Notes under the pieces: generated by a model
Databases searched by the model: none
What the model was told of the DNA's origin: nothing
The model's input: the letters and a program-made list of their open reading frames with translations, nothing else
In this document: positions 50,775-59,956 of the stretch, in pieces
How the letters are laid out: each line of letters starts with the position of its first letter
How positions within the stretch are numbered: position 1 is the first letter of the stretch
Translations under genes and position numbers: made by a program
NCBI GenBank assembly: GCA_002385815.1
Contig: DGEE01000120.1
Coordinates: 1 to 60,571 of the forward strand
Direction: 5' to 3'
Length of the DNA stretch: 60,571 nt
Origin: Hungateiclostridiaceae bacterium UBA3934
Lineage (GTDB): Bacteria; Bacillota; Clostridia; Acetivibrionales; DTU013

Positions 50775-51716
50775 ATGGAGCCTGTAGTCGTTATAGCAGG
50801 CCCTACTGCATCCGGAAAGACCAGCTTGTCTGTCGAACTGGCAAAGCGCATAAATGGCAGTATAGTATCTGCTGATTCGATGCAGATATACAAATATATG
50901 GATATCGGCACTGCAAAGCCCACTGAACAGGAAATGTCCGGCATAAGGCATTATATGATGGATGAAGTGGAACCGGATGAAAACTACAGTGTCGCCAGAT
51001 ACAAAGAAAGAGCCCTCGAATGCATATCAGCAGTGATAAAGGATGGCAGGCGCCCAATAGTCACAGGCGGAACAGGTTTATACTTAAATTCCCTTATCTA
51101 TAACATAAATTTTTCTGAAACCATCTGTGACGAAAGCCTGAGAGAATCGTTGAAGACTGAAGCAGAACAGCACGGAAGCAGGCATCTGTACGAAAAGCTC
51201 CTTGAGATCGACCCGGAGGCGGCATCCAGGATACATGAGAACGACACAAAAAGGATAATCCGGGCTATAGAGGTCTATACCCACACGCGAAAGACGATAT
51301 CGGAGCACATAAGGACGTCAAGGATCGAACCTCCTCCTTACAAATATATCGTTTTCGGATTGAAGTGGGACAGGGAGATATTGTACAGACGCATAAACGA
51401 GAGAGTCGACAAAATGATCAGGGAAGGACTGGTGGATGAGACCAGGCGCCTGGTTGAGATGGGTTTTGACAGGGGAACTGCGATGCAGGCCATCGGATAT
51501 AAGGAAATATTGCCCTTTCTGAAAGGGGAGTGTTCGCTGGATGAAGCTGTTGAAACATTGAAACGGAACACGAGACGCTATGCCAAAAGGCAGATGACCT
51601 GGTTCAGGCGTATAAGGGAAATAATCTGGCTGGATATGGGCGAGGATACTGATTTACAAGATACTGCAGAGAAAATAATTCATCATTGTATTGAAAGGTT
51701 TGGAATAATCTTGTAG
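50775..51716 (+). CDS. miaA: tRNA dimethylallyltransferase
   Basis: P-loop GPTASGKT, SADSMQIYK. mutL-miaA-hfq synteny. Confidence 0.95.
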   Translation: MEPVVVIAGPTASGKTSLSVELAKRINGSIVSADSMQIYKYMDIGTAKPTEQEMSGIRHYMMDEVEPDENYSVARYKERALECISAVIKDGRRPIVTGGTGLYLNSLIYNINFSETICDESLRESLKTEAEQHGSRHLYEKLLEIDPEAASRIHENDTKRIIRAIEVYTHTRKTISEHIRTSRIEPPPYKYIVFGLKWDREILYRRINERVDKMIREGLVDETRRLVEMGFDRGTAMQAIGYKEILPFLKGECSLDEAVETLKRNTRRYAKRQMTWFRRIREIIWLDMGEDTDLQDTAEKIIHHCIERFGIIL

Positions 51717-51775
51717 AATTATAATGATCCTTACTTGTTGGAACGTGAGGATATATCATTGAGGAGGATTGTCAG

Positions 51776-52015
51776 GTGAACAGATCGAATATCAATTTGC
51801 AGGATGTATTTTTAAATCAGGTAAGGAAAGAGCACCTTCCCGTGACTATTTACCTTACCAACGGTTTCCAGCTCAAGGGTCTGGTAAAGGGCTTCGACAA
51901 TTTTACTGTCATACTGGATACCGACGGAAGACAGCAATTGGTTTACAAACACGCCATTTCAACCATAAGCCCAATGAAACTGGTAAACTTTATTTTCAAT
52001 GATAACAAGGAATAG
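51776..52015 (+). CDS. hfq: RNA chaperone Hfq
   Basis: GTG start behind GAGGAGG. Sm motifs [12 protein letters not shown]...[22 protein letters not shown] and YKHAISTI. Confidence 0.95.
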   Translation: MNRSNINLQDVFLNQVRKEHLPVTIYLTNGFQLKGLVKGFDNFTVILDTDGRQQLVYKHAISTISPMKLVNFIFNDNKE

Positions 52016-52156
52016 CATATAGTATCTATTCTCCTTCATTTCATACCTGGTAAGAGGCTCCGATAAGCGGGCATTCATCGGAGGCGGTATTATTCAGGAT
52101 AGGGAAACCATCAGAGAACAGGTAAGATTCTCCTGACGATGTGAATCCCGGTAAAA

Positions 52157-52205
52157 GAAAAAAACAGGCTCTGCTCTGTGAATGTCCAGTGCAGTGCCTG
52201 TTTTA
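52157..52205. terminator. bidirectional terminator shared by hfq-side transcript and lexA
   Basis: AAAAAAACAGGCTCTGC ... GCAGTGCCTGTTTT: long stem with an A-run on one side and a T-run on the other. Confidence 0.8.
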
Positions 52206-52217
52206 TATTCTGTGGTG

Positions 52218-52868
52218 TCACATCTTTCTGAACACGCCTATTACCTTGCCAAGGATAGTTATATTGTCACGGACGATGATGGGATCCATGTGCATGTTCT
52301 GAGGCTGAAGTCTTATATGATCCTTTTCTCTGTAAAAAGTCTTGACGGTAGCCTCATCACCGATCAGTGCCACGACTATATCGCCGTTATTGGCTGTGGA
52401 TTGCTGTTTTACCAGGACCAGATCTCTGTCCAGTATTCCTGCCTCGACCATACTGTCACCCTGGACTCTCAGCATGAACGCAGTGTTATTTTGAACATAG
52501 TCTACAGGCAACGGGAAAGTGTCCTCTACATTTTCGACAGCCAGGATGGGCTGTCCGGCTGTAACTTTACCAACTATCGGCACATCGACCAGCTCTTTTC
52601 CGGAGTAATAATTCTTTTGAGGCTCATTTTCGTTTCGGGGTGTATTCCTGGCTCCTCCAATAACCCTGATAGCTCTGGGCTTCGTAGGGTCTTTTGCTAT
52701 CAGCCCGCTTTTTCTGAGCTTTTCCAGATAACCATGAACTGTAGATGTGGATTTGAATCCAACTGCGCTGCATATTTCCCTTACTGACGGAGGATATCCC
52801 TTTTCCTCGACCTGCCTGTTTACGAAATCCAGGATCTGCTGTTGCTTTTCAGTAAGCTTTTTACCCAT
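52218..52868 (-). CDS. lexA: SOS repressor LexA
   Basis: Start ATG 52868 (AAAGGGG 8 nt upstream). wHTH N-terminus, cleavage/peptidase motifs GDSM and EATVK. Confidence 0.97.
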   Translation of the reverse strand: MGKKLTEKQQQILDFVNRQVEEKGYPPSVREICSAVGFKSTSTVHGYLEKLRKSGLIAKDPTKPRAIRVIGGARNTPRNENEPQKNYYSGKELVDVPIVGKVTAGQPILAVENVEDTFPLPVDYVQNNTAFMLRVQGDSMVEAGILDRDLVLVKQQSTANNGDIVVALIGDEATVKTFYREKDHIRLQPQNMHMDPIIVRDNITILGKVIGVFRKM

Positions 52869-52918
52869 TCCATACACCCCTTTTGTATTGTTGCCCAGTA
52901 AATATATCCACTGAAAAC

Positions 52919-52957
52919 ATTATATTAAAAAAGAATAAAATTGTCAAACAAATGTTC
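52919..52957 (-). promoter_or_regulatory. lexA promoter (TTGACA-17-TATAAT) with overlapping LexA (Cheo) box
   Basis: On the minus strand: CGAACATTTGTTTG box (plus 52945-52958) overlaps TTGACA (plus 52942-52947). 17-nt spacer. TATAAT (plus 52919-52924). Confidence 0.75.
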
Positions 52958-52966
52958 GGATAAGTA

Positions 52967-53015
52967 TTGACAAAGGAACACATGTTCGTTTATAATTGCA
53001 TTAGAACACATGTTC
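52967..53015 (+). promoter_or_regulatory. promoter of the yneA-like gene (TTGACA-18-TATAAT) with two GAACACATGTTC LexA boxes
   Basis: TTGACA at 52967-52972 and TATAAT at 52991-52996. Identical boxes GAACACATGTTC at 52976-52987 (in the spacer) and 53004-53015 (just downstream of -10). Confidence 0.8.
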
Positions 53016-53029
53016 TGCAGGAGGATGTC

Positions 53030-53314
53030 ATGAGAAAGAAGTATGTTTTAAAAAACCGCAAACGTTTCAACTTGTTTCTGGCAGTTCTTACAGTATTGAT
53101 TTCTGTCGTGATATTTGCAGCGGCAGCCAGTGGTGCAGACTCAGAATATGCATATGAGACGGTGGTCATTCAAAAGGGAGATACTCTCTGGGATCTGGCG
53201 AAGGAATACCGCGGCAGTTCAGATATAAGACAATACATAGAGAAGATCAAGGCTGTCAATGGTATGGATAACTCCACCATTTACGAAGGCGACATCATAA
53301 AGATGCCGTTATGA
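53030..53314 (+). CDS. LysM-domain membrane protein, YneA-like SOS cell-division inhibitor candidate
   Basis: Start ATG 53030 behind GGAGGA. Basic N-terminus, one TM helix, and a LysM domain (VIQKGDTLWDLAKEY...YEGDIIKMP). Divergent from lexA as Bacillus yneA. Confidence 0.7.
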   Translation: MRKKYVLKNRKRFNLFLAVLTVLISVVIFAAAASGADSEYAYETVVIQKGDTLWDLAKEYRGSSDIRQYIEKIKAVNGMDNSTIYEGDIIKMPL

Positions 53315-53318
53315 CAGA

Positions 53319-55115
53319 TCAGTTACTTATCTCGGCCAGCAGCGATTGCCAGACATCCATGCCGGGGGTGTTTTGTTCAGGATCAGACCCGTCAGGTATC
53401 AGCCCCAGTCTCCAGAGTGATATGCCATCGATTCCGAAATGCCTTGCCAGCTTTATCTTAGCCAATACACTCCTGCTGTTTTCATACCATACAGTATATT
53501 CGACACCTGTTGAGTCATCTGTATATTTCAAGTATGGGTTCTCATAATCCTCATGATAGTGATAGGAGATATCTTTGTCGCTGTCAAGGAGCTTCAGGAA
53601 GTTTTCAAGATTATATCTCAGGGGCACCTGATTAAGTGTTTTACCGTTTTGCTTTTTCCAGACTGTCCAGTCGAATGAAATCTGAAGCATTATCTTATTT
53701 TTGTCCTGAACACCGTTAGTGCTGTCGCTTATCGCATGGAGAGCGAAATACACGTCTTCGAGAGGGGTTAGCGGGGTGATGGTTACACCGCGTTCCATCT
53801 CGGCCCTGGTAAGGCGTTTGGCATCATAGTCATGAGCCATCAATATCACTTTATCAGCCAGTTCGCCGATAGTTCTGTAATCATAGCCGTCAATGCTTGA
53901 AGAGCTCCTCCTGGGGTGTATCAGCGGGTGTACGGCAACGAAGAGCTTTTTTTCATGAAGATCCAGTTTGTCTTTCAGCTTTTTGAGAAACTTGTTGAAG
54001 CCATTTTTCGCACTTTCGCCCCTCAGACCCTCAAAATCGATGACCACGCCATCGAATGAACCTGTTTCGTTGCCGCGTGTCACGCTTTCAAGGGCGTTTG
54101 TGATATCGTCGATGACTTTTTCAGTTAATTCGTCATTATTGAATATGTATTCAGGAAGTCCGTGTACTTCGTTTGTGACAGGATCCTTTATTTTAACTGA
54201 CTGATCAGCATATACCATCAAAAAAGTTGGCACACCTGCTTCTTTGGCCGCTTTGAGTCTGCTGCTGAATCCTGTGGGCAGATAAAAATCATTAAGACCC
54301 AGCTCAGTGCGTGACATATTGAGGATGATGTTTCCGTCAGAGTCGTCATAGCCCAGACTGCTCCATCCAAAAGACACAGAAGTGAGATCAGGTATCTTAT
54401 CGCTTTGAGGTGAAGAGCTTATGGCGTAAAATGCATTCAGACTGTTGATTTTTCTCTCCATGACCCCAAGCATCCGCACCAACATCGCCGCTGCCTGTTC
54501 CCTCAGTAGACTGTTGTTGGGATTGAATGCAGATGCTTCACTTATTATCCCAAAATCCTTTGCTATGGTGATATAACCTGTGTATTCAGACACGTCTTCG
54601 TATGGAGGTTCAAAATAATGCAGCCTGCCAGCCAGCTTGCCGTAGCCGAGGCTGTTTATTATCATTACTACTGCATCCTGACGGGTGATGGGATCGCCAG
54701 GCCTGAAGGAGTCTGTCTCATTTGTGATTATTCCGTTTTTAAGGGCTGTTTCTATGGGCCTGAAATAGAACTTTTTCGGGTCCATGTTATCAGAGAAAGA
54801 GCCCTGCTGTGGAACTTCACCGTCAAGGTCCAGAAGATTTATCAGCATTGTGATAAATTCAGCTCTTGTTATCGTACGACCGTAACCGAATCTGTTGCTT
54901 CCTATACCTTGCGTCACACCCATACTTCTTAGCCTGTGTATAGGCTCGTAAGCATAACTGTTTTCAGGCACATAAGAAAATGGGAGTGATTTGTCAACCG
55001 CATTTTGACTGTTTGAAACATATTGAGCATATGAAAATGCTGATAAAGAAATTATCATGGAAAACAAAATCAAGAAGCCTATGAAATTGATATTTTTCTT
55101 TAAAAAGTCAAGCAT
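53319..55115 (-). CDS. SLH-domain cell-wall protein with GH18-like (chitinase/YaaH-type) catalytic domain
   Basis: Signal peptide. Three SLH-like repeats (ITRAEFITMLINLL, ITRQDAVVMIINSL, LLREQAAAMLVRML). GH18 motif FDGVVIDFEG. Confidence 0.8.
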   Translation of the reverse strand: MLDFLKKNINFIGFLILFSMIISLSAFSYAQYVSNSQNAVDKSLPFSYVPENSYAYEPIHRLRSMGVTQGIGSNRFGYGRTITRAEFITMLINLLDLDGEVPQQGSFSDNMDPKKFYFRPIETALKNGIITNETDSFRPGDPITRQDAVVMIINSLGYGKLAGRLHYFEPPYEDVSEYTGYITIAKDFGIISEASAFNPNNSLLREQAAAMLVRMLGVMERKINSLNAFYAISSSPQSDKIPDLTSVSFGWSSLGYDDSDGNIILNMSRTELGLNDFYLPTGFSSRLKAAKEAGVPTFLMVYADQSVKIKDPVTNEVHGLPEYIFNNDELTEKVIDDITNALESVTRGNETGSFDGVVIDFEGLRGESAKNGFNKFLKKLKDKLDLHEKKLFVAVHPLIHPRRSSSSIDGYDYRTIGELADKVILMAHDYDAKRLTRAEMERGVTITPLTPLEDVYFALHAISDSTNGVQDKNKIMLQISFDWTVWKKQNGKTLNQVPLRYNLENFLKLLDSDKDISYHYHEDYENPYLKYTDDSTGVEYTVWYENSRSVLAKIKLARHFGIDGISLWRLGLIPDGSDPEQNTPGMDVWQSLLAEISN

Positions 55116-55334
55116 TTTGCCCCCTGAAAATGTTGTTTTACATAATACAGCATAAGTTTACCATAACCGAATGAATGACTGCAACATTTGAGGAAGAGTG
55201 TGCTATAATTAGGAAGGACAAGGCTGATATTTTGCATCAGCTCAGTCTGGACATAATAAGAATAGATGCAGCAATGAGTCGCCCGGGACAAATTGCATCA
55301 TTGCAACACAACACAGACATTCAAGGGGTATGAT

Positions 55335-56507
55335 ATGGGATCTGAAATATATCTGGACAACAGCTCAACAACCAGACAATATGATGAAGTAACATCGCTG
55401 ATGGCCACGATAGCTTCTACGAAGTATGGCAATCCGTCATCATTGCATACAAAGGGCATAGAAGCCGAAAGGCTGGTTTCGGCCTCTCGTGAGACGATAG
55501 CCGATCTTCTTGGTGTCCGGCCGTCGGAAGTGTATTTCACATCCGGCGGTACTGAATCCAATAACCTGGCGATCATTGGATACCTTGAGGCAAACCCCAG
55601 AAAAGGCAGGCACATCATTACCACCAGCATCGAACACCCCTCTGTGCTGGAAGTTTTCCGCCATCTCGGAAGCAGGGGATGGAGCGTGGATTTTCTGGAT
55701 GTGGATGAAAAGGGCCGGATTCTGACCGGGCAACTGGAGGAAAAAATAAGGCCGGATACTGCACTTATCAGCATCGTTCTTGTCAATAATGAAACGGGTA
55801 CGATACAGGATATCGAAGAAATATCATCGATCAGAGATTCGTTGAATCCTCAGACAGTGATACATGCAGATGCAGTACAGGCTTTCGGCAAGATAACGCT
55901 GTATCCTGTAAGAGCAGGCATAGACCTGATGTCTGTCAGCTCACATAAGATTCACGGCCCCAAGGGAGTCGGTGCTTTATATGTTTCAGCAAAGGTAAGG
56001 ATAAATCCGCTGTTTTACGGAGGAGGCCAGGAGACACTGCTACGCTCGGGGACTGAGAATGTGCCGGGAATCGCAGGCTTCGGTCTGGCAGCCAGTATGA
56101 CCACAGAAAAAATTGATGAGAGTTTCAGAAAAGCGGTTGGTCTGAGAGAGCTGCTGATCAGTGAGCTTGCTTCTTCCGATATTTCATACTGTGTCAATTC
56201 GCCAGATGACGCTTTGCCCCATATAGTAAACATTTCTTTTGAAAATGTCAGGGCCGAAGTGCTGCTTCATCATCTGGAGCAAAGAGGGATATTTGTTTCG
56301 ACCGGTTCAGCCTGCTCATCACATAAAAAGAGCAGGAGCCATGTCCTGACGGCAATGGGTATTGCTCCTGAACTGATAGACGGTGCAATCAGGTTCAGCT
56401 TTTCGAATCAGAATACTGAAGATGAGATAAGGTTGACAGTTGATGCATTGAAGGATATCATTCCGGTAATAGATATAAGCAGAAAAAAGAGACCCGGGAG
56501 GAAGTAA
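55335..56507 (+). CDS. cysteine desulfurase (NifS/NifZ type)
   Basis: Start ATG 55335 behind AAGGGG. PLP lysine SSHKIHGPKG. Catalytic loop GSACSS. Followed by thiI with a TAATG overlap. Confidence 0.9.
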   Translation: MGSEIYLDNSSTTRQYDEVTSLMATIASTKYGNPSSLHTKGIEAERLVSASRETIADLLGVRPSEVYFTSGGTESNNLAIIGYLEANPRKGRHIITTSIEHPSVLEVFRHLGSRGWSVDFLDVDEKGRILTGQLEEKIRPDTALISIVLVNNETGTIQDIEEISSIRDSLNPQTVIHADAVQAFGKITLYPVRAGIDLMSVSSHKIHGPKGVGALYVSAKVRINPLFYGGGQETLLRSGTENVPGIAGFGLAASMTTEKIDESFRKAVGLRELLISELASSDISYCVNSPDDALPHIVNISFENVRAEVLLHHLEQRGIFVSTGSACSSHKKSRSHVLTAMGIAPELIDGAIRFSFSNQNTEDEIRLTVDALKDIIPVIDISRKKRPGRK

Positions 56508-57733
56508 TGGAGAAAGTCATACTTGTCAGATATGGAGAGATTATACTCAAGGGTTTGAACAGGCCCATGTTCGAAGACAGGCTCATAAAAAATATTAAGC
56601 AATCGTTGTACGGGCTTGGTAAAATATCTGTCAGACGTTCACAGGCAAGGATATTCATTGAACCCAGGCAGGATGATTTCGATTTCGAGAATGCTGTTAC
56701 AAGGCTTGTTAATGTAATGGGAATCATATCTGTGAGTATCGTATGGAAGATCAAAACAGATTTTGAAGAAATCAAAAAGCACTCTGTCGAGATGGTCCGC
56801 AACTATATGACAAAGCTGAACAGACATGCAGCTGCAAAGGGTCCGATGAGGATGAAAGAAACATCAGAAGCATCTGTGGGGTTCAAGGTAGAAGCAAAGA
56901 GGGGCAATAAGAATTTCCCCATACAGTCGCCTGAGATATGCAGACAGCTCGGCGGATATCTGCTGAAAAATGTTCCCGGTCTGAAAGTGGATGTGCATGA
57001 TCCGGACTTCATATTCTATGTTGAGGTCAGGGACAGTACCTACATATATTGTGATATAATCCCGGCATTCGGCGGTCTGCCGGTAGGTACAAGCGGAAAA
57101 GCCATGCTTCTGCTTTCAGGAGGAATAGACAGTCCGGTGGCAGGATGGATGATGGCTAAAAGAGGAATGGAGCTGGAGGCTGTTCATTTCCATACTTACC
57201 CTTATACCAGCGAGCGTGCGAAGGATAAGGTGATTGCACTTGCCAGGATACTGTCGCGATATTGCCATCGTATCAGGCTTCACATAGTACCTTTTACAGA
57301 AATCCAACTGGATATCAATGATAAGTGTCCTGAGGAGCACCTTACCGTACTGATGCGCAGAGCAATGATGAAGATTTCTGAAAAGATTGCCGCTGAAAAC
57401 GGTGCCAAAGCACTCATCACCGGCGAAAGTCTCGGGCAGGTGGCCAGCCAGACTGTGGAAGCGATAGCAGTTACAAATGAAGCTGTCAGGATGCCCGTGT
57501 TCAGACCCTTGATCGGTATGGATAAAAATGAGGTCATAGAGACCGCGAGAAGGATCGATACGTATGAAACCTCGATCCTGCCCTATGAGGACTGCTGTAC
57601 AGTTTTCGTGGCAAAGCACCCTAAAACCAGGCCAGGGCTTGAGGAAATAAAAGAGCTGGAAGGCAGGCTCAGTCTTGATGCAATGATTGAACGCGCCATC
57701 GCAGATACAGAGACAGTCGTCATTGGAGAGTAA
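56507..57733 (+). CDS. thiI: tRNA 4-thiouridine(8) synthase ThiI
   Basis: N-terminal ferredoxin-like/THUMP region (VRYGEIILKG) and PP-loop LLSGGIDSPVA. No rhodanese domain. Confidence 0.95.
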   Translation: MEKVILVRYGEIILKGLNRPMFEDRLIKNIKQSLYGLGKISVRRSQARIFIEPRQDDFDFENAVTRLVNVMGIISVSIVWKIKTDFEEIKKHSVEMVRNYMTKLNRHAAAKGPMRMKETSEASVGFKVEAKRGNKNFPIQSPEICRQLGGYLLKNVPGLKVDVHDPDFIFYVEVRDSTYIYCDIIPAFGGLPVGTSGKAMLLLSGGIDSPVAGWMMAKRGMELEAVHFHTYPYTSERAKDKVIALARILSRYCHRIRLHIVPFTEIQLDINDKCPEEHLTVLMRRAMMKISEKIAAENGAKALITGESLGQVASQTVEAIAVTNEAVRMPVFRPLIGMDKNEVIETARRIDTYETSILPYEDCCTVFVAKHPKTRPGLEEIKELEGRLSLDAMIERAIADTETVVIGE

Positions 57734-57807
57734 TTCCACGCATGTATGACAGACCGTTATGACAACAATATATTATATCCACATAGTATTTAGGAAGGTT
57801 GTTGTCA

Positions 57808-59199
57808 ATGACGGTCTCACGCAGGAAAAGCCTGAAATGGTTTGTATATGCTGCGGTAATGGTAATAGCTGCTGTAACGGCCGCCTTTCTGATCCTGTCG
57901 TACAAATATACAGGAGATACTATCCGCAAAGGTATAAGTATTGAGCAGACTGACGTTTCATGGCTGACCTCTGAGGCTGCAAAAAATCGTGTGACAGAAG
58001 AATTAAAGAGATACTACGACACTGACAAGCTGACATTGACATATAAAGAAAGTAAATGGGATATCAGACTGAGTGATATAGACTATAGCTTCAAGGTCGA
58101 TGATGCAGTCGAAAAGGCTTTTTACATCGGAAGGGAAGGCAATATTTTCAGAAAGCTCTTTGATTCACTGTCATTATCGAGAAATGGATTGAAGCTTGAA
58201 GTAGAGGAGAGCTTCGACAGAGATAAGCTCAGGGACATACTTGAAAAAATAAAAAAGGAGTGTGATTCCACGGCTGAAAACGCAGTGGTCACTTACTCCG
58301 GCGGGAAATTCGAGTTCACCCGCGAAGTCCCGTTCAGGGAGCTTGATGTTGACACGAATCTGAAATTAGTGGAGAATTATTTAAAAAAGAGAGATTTCAG
58401 AGATATAGAACTGATAGTGGATGAGAAGGAGCCGAAAGTCACATATGATAAGATCAAAGATATCAATACTGTGCTTTCGAGCTTCAGTACCACTTTCAAC
58501 AGGAATGATGTCAATCGGACTGACAATATCAGGCTGGCATGCAGCAGGATCAACAACATACTGCTGATGCCCGGCGAAGAGTTTTCAATGAACAGGGAAC
58601 TGGGACCAAGGACTCTGGCAAATGGATATAAACAGGCTCCTATCATTTTCAAAAATGAACTGGTCCCCGGTACCGGAGGCGGTGTGTGCCAGGTGTCTTC
58701 CACACTGTTCAACTCGGTGCTGCTGGCCGGACTGAAGGTCACAGAGCGGGAACACCATTCAATGCCTCTGACATATATCAGCCCCGGCAGGGATGCTACT
58801 ATCACTGAAAGCTCAATAGATTTCAAGTTTAAAAACGATTCGGGATACCCGATCCTGATAAATGCATATGTGAAGGGAAACAAACTGCATGTAAGCATAC
58901 TGGGCAAAAAACGGGAGGATGGAATCGAGTTCAGGCTGAAAACCAGGACCATCGGAACTTACAAGCCGAAACCTGAGAAAATAGTATTGGACAAGACACT
59001 TGAGCCCAATCAGAGGATCGTTGAACGAAAACCGATAAACGGCATAAGAGTCATATTGTACAGAGAAACATATAAAAACGGCGTACTGCAACGACGTGAA
59101 AAGCTTTATGAGGATTATTACAAGCCTGTCCAGGGGATCACAAGGGTAAGCAGCGATATCTGGTACCAATATATTTCTCAGGAAATGCCGGTTGATTAA
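57808..59199 (+). CDS. VanW family protein
   Basis: Start ATG 57808 behind AGGAAGG. N-terminal TM anchor. VanW core motif GGGVCQVSSTLFN. Confidence 0.8.
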   Translation: MTVSRRKSLKWFVYAAVMVIAAVTAAFLILSYKYTGDTIRKGISIEQTDVSWLTSEAAKNRVTEELKRYYDTDKLTLTYKESKWDIRLSDIDYSFKVDDAVEKAFYIGREGNIFRKLFDSLSLSRNGLKLEVEESFDRDKLRDILEKIKKECDSTAENAVVTYSGGKFEFTREVPFRELDVDTNLKLVENYLKKRDFRDIELIVDEKEPKVTYDKIKDINTVLSSFSTTFNRNDVNRTDNIRLACSRINNILLMPGEEFSMNRELGPRTLANGYKQAPIIFKNELVPGTGGGVCQVSSTLFNSVLLAGLKVTEREHHSMPLTYISPGRDATITESSIDFKFKNDSGYPILINAYVKGNKLHVSILGKKREDGIEFRLKTRTIGTYKPKPEKIVLDKTLEPNQRIVERKPINGIRVILYRETYKNGVLQRREKLYEDYYKPVQGITRVSSDIWYQYISQEMPVD

Positions 59200-59272
59200 T
59201 TATTATCGGCTGTTATTCCGGCAGATCATTCTGATATGCCGGGTCAAATAGAGGGTAAAAGAATGAGGGGTC

Positions 59273-59947
59273 ATGATGAGAGAAGGTCTGTATAATAAAG
59301 AAGTTGTATGTCCTGTTTGCTCAAAAAAGTTCCAGGCAACAAAAGTGAAAGCCAGGGCCACCAAGGTCAAGAGCAGGGATTCCGATTTCTGCGTCCATTA
59401 TGAGGACATCAATCCCATATACTATGATGCCTGGGTCTGTGAAAACTGCGGATATGCCAACCAGGCAGACAAGTTTGAAGAGATTTCTCATAATGAAGCC
59501 GACATCCTCAGGAACAGGCTGATGCCAAAATGGAATAAACACAGCCTGAGTGGAGAGAGAGACATCGACACGGCGATAGAAGCCTTCAAGCTTGTCCTCA
59601 TAAGTCACGATTACAGAGGCGCAAAAGCCATCGATTTTGCCAAGGCATGCCTCAGGATCGCCTGGCTGTACAGATATAAGGGTGATGAAGAAGAAGAACT
59701 GAAATTCATCCGGCATTCATTGGAATATTATACAGAAGTGTATGAGAAGGAATCTTTCCCCGTTGACAAGCTCGATGAAAGCACCTGTGTATATATGATC
59801 GGCGAACTCAATTTCAGAGTCGGCAATTACAGCGAAGCCGTAAAATGGTTCAGCAGACTCATCAGTTCAGAAGAAGCGAGGAAGAAACCAGCACTTATAG
59901 AGGCTGCAAGAGAACAATACCAACTGGTCAAGGAAAAGCTAAAATGA
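59273..59947 (+). CDS. DUF2225-type zinc-ribbon / helical-repeat protein
   Basis: N-terminal CPVC...CENCGY zinc-ribbon pattern, then a helical TPR-like C-terminus. Family name is from memory. Confidence 0.7.
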   Translation: MMREGLYNKEVVCPVCSKKFQATKVKARATKVKSRDSDFCVHYEDINPIYYDAWVCENCGYANQADKFEEISHNEADILRNRLMPKWNKHSLSGERDIDTAIEAFKLVLISHDYRGAKAIDFAKACLRIAWLYRYKGDEEEELKFIRHSLEYYTEVYEKESFPVDKLDESTCVYMIGELNFRVGNYSEAVKWFSRLISSEEARKKPALIEAAREQYQLVKEKLK

Positions 59948-59956
59948 CGGAGGTCG

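Noticed and set aside
52182-52787. 201-aa plus-strand ORF.
   Set aside because: It is entirely antisense to lexA, whose identity is certain. It is a shadow ORF.
55190-55335. Possible TPP riboswitch or T-box upstream of nifS-thiI.
   Set aside because: The conserved cores (CUGAGA and ACCUGAUCUGGAUAAUGCCAGCG for TPP; specifier loop and T-box sequence for T-box) are not present. Only a vague UCUGGA similarity was seen.
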